64,000 nt of DNA from an uncultured Gammaproteobacteria bacterium (GTDB taxonomy: Bacteria; Patescibacteriota; Patescibacteriia; UBA9570; JBBTWU01). The translations under genes were made by a program, and so were the position numbers. Location of the stretch: the NCBI GenBank assembly GCA_964364425.1, contig CAYIMB010000002.1, forward strand, positions 17,436 through 81,435, read 5' to 3'. Below the pieces are notes generated by a model. That model saw only the letters and a list, made by a program, of their open reading frames with translations. It was not told where the DNA came from and did no database searches. This document shows positions 59,453-64,000 of the stretch, in pieces; position 1 is the first letter of the stretch, and every line of letters begins with the position of its first letter.

Positions 59453-60247
59453 ATGAACGCCAACCAACCAAATATAAAACCGTTAGAGCCGGTGAGTTTT
59501 GATGATCTGGAACCGGAGGTGCTTGAAGTGCCTGCTGAGTTACCCACACCTGAAGGAGGCTCGCTCAAAGACAGAATCCTGGAGCAAGCAAAAAAAGAAG
59601 AGGCAGATGCCGCAGCCATAGAGGCGGCTAAGGAGGAGGTGACGGTGGATAAGTCACTGGATCAGCCGGTGGCTGTTCCGGCTCAACCGGAGACAGCGCC
59701 AGCCGTACCTGTTGTAGCACCTGAAACAGCGGCCCTGCCTGAAGCAGTATCGGCTGAAGCCACGCCGGCTGAAGCACCTGCCCCTCTGCCGGAATTACCC
59801 CCAGTGCCGGAACTTCCGCCTGTACCTGAGGCTGCGCCTACGGAAACCGAACAACCAAAACCAAGCAAACCACAAGCGCAAGTGCCGGCTCAACCGGTTA
59901 CACCTCCTCCTGCTGAGGCGCTGGTGCAGACTCAAACAGAGAAGACGGAGACGCGCAAGCAAATCGAATCAATTCTGCAAGAAGGGTTGGCACCCATGTT
60001 TTTACAAATGGATCAACAGGAACGGCAGGTATTTACAGCCGCAGCTAATGAGACCGCTTCCAAGTTGGAGTTGTTGGTGACACAATTTAAGGCGTCAGCC
60101 AAAGAGGTGTTGCGTTTGATCAAGGCTTGGCTGACAAAAATTCCAAAGATCAACAAGTATTTCTTGGAACAAGCAAGCAAAATAAAGACGGATGAAATTT
60201 TACTGATGCAAACGCAAAAGAAAAAGGAATCACGTTTACTTCATTAG
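59453..60247 (+). CDS. Pro/Ala/Glu-rich protein upstream of the T4SS-like ATPase
   Basis: Start at MNANQ; C-terminal domain IESIL...WLTKIPKINKYFLEQASKIKTD. Confidence 0.8.
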   Translation: MNANQPNIKPLEPVSFDDLEPEVLEVPAELPTPEGGSLKDRILEQAKKEEADAAAIEAAKEEVTVDKSLDQPVAVPAQPETAPAVPVVAPETAALPEAVSAEATPAEAPAPLPELPPVPELPPVPEAAPTETEQPKPSKPQAQVPAQPVTPPPAEALVQTQTEKTETRKQIESILQEGLAPMFLQMDQQERQVFTAAANETASKLELLVTQFKASAKEVLRLIKAWLTKIPKINKYFLEQASKIKTDEILLMQTQKKKESRLLH

Positions 60248-60252
60248 TAAGT

Positions 60253-62769
60253 ATGTTGTTTAACTACATCATTTACATTGCTGCCTACGTACTCAGTTCT
60301 TTTGCTGTCGTCTGGTTGGGTGTACATATTGTCCGCAAGATGTTGCGCACGCATGCTGAGAAAAGTGAGTCATTCAAGAAAATTATTTTGATGATCACTG
60401 TTCCAAAAGGGGAGAAGGCGGATGAATCTCAAAATATAGACTCCATAGACGCTATCCGTGAAAAGATTTCAGTGGCCAACACCTTTTTCTCTACTTTGGG
60501 TGGCATGAAGGCGCAAAAAGGCTGGCGGGCCTTTTGGTTTGGCCGCAACGACGACTTTAGCTTGGAGATTGTGGCAGATAAGGACCAGTTGATTTCTTTT
60601 TACGCCGCGGTGCCAAGAGCCATGCACCGCTACTTTGAACAACAGCTGCATGCTCAGTTTAAAGATGCACAAATTCATGAGGTAGAGGATTACAATATTT
60701 TTGAACCAAACGGAGTGACCGTGGCTGCAGTCTTGAGTTTAAAGCGCAAATACCTATTTCCTATCCAGACGTATGACAAGATTGAAGGGGATCCGTTGAA
60801 TGCCATTACTAACGCTCTGTCCAAGATGGAGAAGAATGAAGGCGCGGCTATTCAGTACGTTCTGCGTTCTGCTACTCCGGAATGGCACCGCACTCCGGCC
60901 CAAGTGGCGCAAACCATGCAACAAGGGAAAAAGTTAGAGCGCGCCATGAAAGAAGTGACGGGAAATATATTTACCAAAACATTTATTTTTTTAGGACGGA
61001 TGTGGGGGAAGAAGAGGAAAGCAGGTCAAGGGATTGATGCGGTGACTGAACGTGAATATCGTTTAAGTCCCATGGAAGAAGAGGTGGTAAAGTCCTTGGA
61101 AGATAAAACCTCACATGCCGGATTTAATGTGAGTATTCGTGTGGTGGTGGATGCACCAACCAAAGAGCAGGCCATGCGCAAAGCGGATAATGTTTTACAT
61201 GCCTTCACGCAGTATGCCACCTACCAATTTGGCAACAGTTTTAGTTTTTCTAAACCCAAACAGGATGCGCATGAGATAGAAAAGTTTATTTACCGCCAAT
61301 TTGATGTGAAGCACCAGATGTTGTTGAACTCCAAGGAAATGGCTTCTTTGTGGCATCCGCCGTTGCGCATTACAGAAACACCAAACATTCGTTGGCTACT
61401 GGCTAAGAAAGCCGTCCCTCCGGCTAATATGCCTAAAGACGGAATTATTTTGGGTGAAGTGGAATACCGCGGGGTCAAACAGTTGGTGCGGATTAAAGCG
61501 GAAGACAGGTTTAGACATATGTACATTATTGGTAAGTCTGGTTCCGGTAAGTCCGTGTTGCTGACTCAGATGGCCATTCAAGATATTCAGAATGGTGAAG
61601 GGGTGGCTGTGATAGATCCGCATGGAGACCTGATTGACGACATTTTGCCCCATATTCCTAAGGAGCGGGCGGATGATGTGGTTATTTTCAACCCAGCTGA
61701 TACTGATAGGCCACTGGGACTGAACATGTTGGAATTTGAAACAGACGAGCAAAAAGATTTTGCCGCCCAGGAAATGATAGCCATTTTTTACAAGTTATTT
61801 GGACAGGAGATGATTGGTCCTATGTTTGAGCATTATATGCGTAATGCCATGTTGGCTTTGATGGATGATAAGGAGGCGGGTGCAACTATTATAGAAATTC
61901 CGCGTATGTTTACGGATGAAAAATTCCGCAAAGACAAATTGAAAAAGGTACGTAACTTGATTGTGAAAAACTTTTGGGAACAAGAGTATGAGCAAAGTCA
62001 GGCCGGACAACAGGCGGCTGATATGTTGTCTTACGTTATTTCCAAGATTGGCCGTTTCCTGACTAACGACATGATGCGCAACATCATGGGCCAACAGAAA
62101 TCCGGTTTTGATTTCAAGGATGTCATGAACAACCGCAAGATCTTGTTGTGTAATTTGTCCAAAGGTACCACAGGTGAAGTGAACTCTAGCTTGTTGGGTT
62201 TGATTATTGTGAGCAAACTCCAAATGGCCGCCATGGCTCGCGCTTCCATGCCAAAATCTGAACGGAAGAACTTCTACCTATACGCTGATGAGTTCCAAAA
62301 TTTTATTACAGACTCCATTGCTACTATTTTGTCTGAAGCCCGTAAATATCGATTTTCCATGGTGATGGCTCACCAATATGTCACTCAGTTAGTGGTCAAC
62401 AATGACACTAAGGTGCGTGACGCTGTGTTTGGTAACGTTGGTACCATGATTGCTTTCCGGATTGGTGTGGAAGATGCTGAAGTGATTGCTAAGGAGTTTG
62501 CCCCGGTGTTTGACCAAAATGATGTGGTCAACGTGGAACAATTTACTGCCAACATCAAATTGTTGATAGACAACACGGCTTGTAAAGCGTTCAACATGAA
62601 GACTATCATGCCGCCACAGGGGAATCTGAAGATGGCCTCAACCTTGAAACAGTTATCTCGTCTGAAATATGGCCGTGACCGCGCTTTAGTGGAGGCTGAA
62701 ATTAAAGAACGTGCTCGTTTGGGTGAGCTAGGTGGCGGAGGACAGACCGCGCCAGATAGCTTCTTCTAA
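60253..62769 (+). CDS. VirD4/TraG-like (type IV secretion coupling family) ATPase
   Basis: N-terminal TM; HMYIIGKSGSGKS, IDPHGD, YADEFQNF, LSEARKY, AHQY, GNVGT. Confidence 0.9.
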   Translation: MLFNYIIYIAAYVLSSFAVVWLGVHIVRKMLRTHAEKSESFKKIILMITVPKGEKADESQNIDSIDAIREKISVANTFFSTLGGMKAQKGWRAFWFGRNDDFSLEIVADKDQLISFYAAVPRAMHRYFEQQLHAQFKDAQIHEVEDYNIFEPNGVTVAAVLSLKRKYLFPIQTYDKIEGDPLNAITNALSKMEKNEGAAIQYVLRSATPEWHRTPAQVAQTMQQGKKLERAMKEVTGNIFTKTFIFLGRMWGKKRKAGQGIDAVTEREYRLSPMEEEVVKSLEDKTSHAGFNVSIRVVVDAPTKEQAMRKADNVLHAFTQYATYQFGNSFSFSKPKQDAHEIEKFIYRQFDVKHQMLLNSKEMASLWHPPLRITETPNIRWLLAKKAVPPANMPKDGIILGEVEYRGVKQLVRIKAEDRFRHMYIIGKSGSGKSVLLTQMAIQDIQNGEGVAVIDPHGDLIDDILPHIPKERADDVVIFNPADTDRPLGLNMLEFETDEQKDFAAQEMIAIFYKLFGQEMIGPMFEHYMRNAMLALMDDKEAGATIIEIPRMFTDEKFRKDKLKKVRNLIVKNFWEQEYEQSQAGQQAADMLSYVISKIGRFLTNDMMRNIMGQQKSGFDFKDVMNNRKILLCNLSKGTTGEVNSSLLGLIIVSKLQMAAMARASMPKSERKNFYLYADEFQNFITDSIATILSEARKYRFSMVMAHQYVTQLVVNNDTKVRDAVFGNVGTMIAFRIGVEDAEVIAKEFAPVFDQNDVVNVEQFTANIKLLIDNTACKAFNMKTIMPPQGNLKMASTLKQLSRLKYGRDRALVEAEIKERARLGELGGGGQTAPDSFF

Positions 62770-62773
62770 AGGA

Positions 62774-63124
62774 TTATTTGTTTGGTAAGACTACTTCTTC
62801 TAATTTAGTTGTTCTAGATTCCAGATTATTATAGTTGAAATGAATTGAGGCGGATTCAGCCATAAAGGTTTCATAGCTTTTAGTGACTTTATCCGCCATA
62901 CCTTGAATGATATTGATGGTTTTATCTAGTTTATCGTCCATGGTGTCAAAGCGCTCGTCATGTTCCATGAGCTTTTTGAATACAAATTCAAAGTTTTTAT
63001 TGTAATGTTTGAATTTTTGGCGAAGCTCTGAACAAAAGGTATCAAATTCATGCTTAAAAACTCCTAATTCTTGGTTTAAATATCCTTTAGTCACCAATTC
63101 ACCTTGATGTTGCTTGTTTTTCAT
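62774..63124 (-). CDS. Small coiled-coil protein
   Basis: Start at MKNKQ; LVTKGYL, HDERFDTMDDKLD; promoter shared with 8173..8463. Confidence 0.75.
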   Translation of the reverse strand: MKNKQHQGELVTKGYLNQELGVFKHEFDTFCSELRQKFKHYNKNFEFVFKKLMEHDERFDTMDDKLDKTINIIQGMADKVTKSYETFMAESASIHFNYNNLESRTTKLEEVVLPNK

Positions 63125-63309
63125 ACACAGCAATCATAGATCGCGGATTTCACAGGTCAAGAGCACACTTCAGCGCCCCCTGTGGATAATTCTTGCCCGG
63201 GCAGGAGTTTTCCACCCCCCCAATGCTTAAACGATCTGATCTTCTCAACCCCGTTTTATTCGTGTATACTACAGTGAGTAGTCAAAAAGTCGTTAAAACA
63301 AACAACAAC

Positions 63310-64000
63310 ATGCAAGACAAAATCCAAGAACTCAGCGCGCTTATTGAATCCATGCAAACTCAGATTGCACGGGCTAGATTGTTGTTAACAGACATGGGTG
63401 CAGCCCGTGAAGCTATTTTGTCTGGTGGTCCATCCGTTCTCCCAACAGCTAACCCAGTGGCCTCGCCGGTGGTTGCACCGGTGGCCGTTCCAAGTATGGA
63501 TACACCAGCTGCTACGGAACCCATTCCGTATGCACAGGTCGCTATTCCGCCATTGCACTCTGGTGTGCCGGTGATTCAAGAGGCGGGCGGCCAGGTGGTG
63601 GAAGGATTGTTTGATGGACAAAACATGGCGGGCCCAGACGGTAAGGTGTACAACGTACCTGCGAACTACGCGAGTAAATCGAAATTAGTGGAGGGAGATC
63701 AGATGAAGCTGACCATTTCACGTGACGGTTCATTTTTGTATAAACAAATTGGTCCAGTGGAACGCACGCGCGTGAAGGGAACACTCACGCGGGAAGATGG
63801 CGGCAACGGATATGTGATGAAGACGGAGAGCGGTCGGGCGTACAAAGTGTTGCTGGCGAGCGTGACGTATTTTAAAGGACAGGTGGGAGATATGGCGGTG
63901 GCGTTTATGCCGGAGCATGGACAAAGTGCTTGGGCGGCTGTGGAACATATTATTCCTAAGGATCAAGTCACACCTGAACTCATGTCAGAAATGATGGAAG
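63310..64000 (+). CDS. Conserved CPR hypothetical protein (runs off window end)
   Basis: Manual translation MQDKIQEL...EGLFDGQNM..PDGKVYNVPANYASKSKLVEGD..YKQIGP; no stop seen. Confidence 0.8.
   Translation, partial: MQDKIQELSALIESMQTQIARARLLLTDMGAAREAILSGGPSVLPTANPVASPVVAPVAVPSMDTPAATEPIPYAQVAIPPLHSGVPVIQEAGGQVVEGLFDGQNMAGPDGKVYNVPANYASKSKLVEGDQMKLTISRDGSFLYKQIGPVERTRVKGTLTREDGGNGYVMKTESGRAYKVLLASVTYFKGQVGDMAVAFMPEHGQSAWAAVEHIIPKDQVTPELMSEMME

Noticed and set aside
60253-62769. VirD4-like ATPase as evidence of a conjugative element
   Set aside because: No relaxase, integrase or att sites; native composition; such ATPases are common chromosomal genes in CPR.
63181-63216. DnaA boxes as oriC
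   Set aside because: Only one perfect box plus a weak one, with no cluster and no dnaA/dnaN; isolated boxes also occur at 3321 and ~8516.

Overview
Chromosomal window from a Patescibacteria (CPR) bacterium using genetic code 11. Evidence for the assignment: no rpmD/uL30 between rpsE and rplO, housekeeping genes without Shine-Dalgarno (SD) sites, a short HrcA, and a CPR-type VirD4/TraG-like ATPase. The backbone carries the str/S10/spc ribosomal cluster, secY-adk-map, recR-ybaB-dnaB, a 2-oxoacid:ferredoxin oxidoreductase, a P-type ATPase, asnS-aspS-scpAB, gap, hrcA(CIRCE)-grpE-hsp20-dnaK-dnaJ, cysS, tRNA-Lys and tRNA-Glu. Unusual layers sit on top of this backbone. (1) Seven dispersed genes are written almost entirely in G/C-ending codons and mostly carry strong SD sites; they include two diverged paralog pairs and two Myxococcota-style lipoproteins, so they look tuned for another organism's translation machinery. 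(2) Two of these resemble DGR targets, and one is followed by a 36-nt template-repeat fragment with adenine-biased mismatches; no reverse transcriptase is in the window. (3) A family of ~290-aa proteins has variable middles, conserved MKL N-termini and PLP(D/E)R C-termini, with nucleotide-conserved junctions. (4) The palindrome AAATCGATTT is over-represented at accessory-gene borders. (5) A 68-bp direct repeat brackets a two-gene cassette, a covarying structured repeat occurs twice, and an islet sits at the tRNA-Glu 3' end. All alignments and counts were done by eye; no database searches were run.
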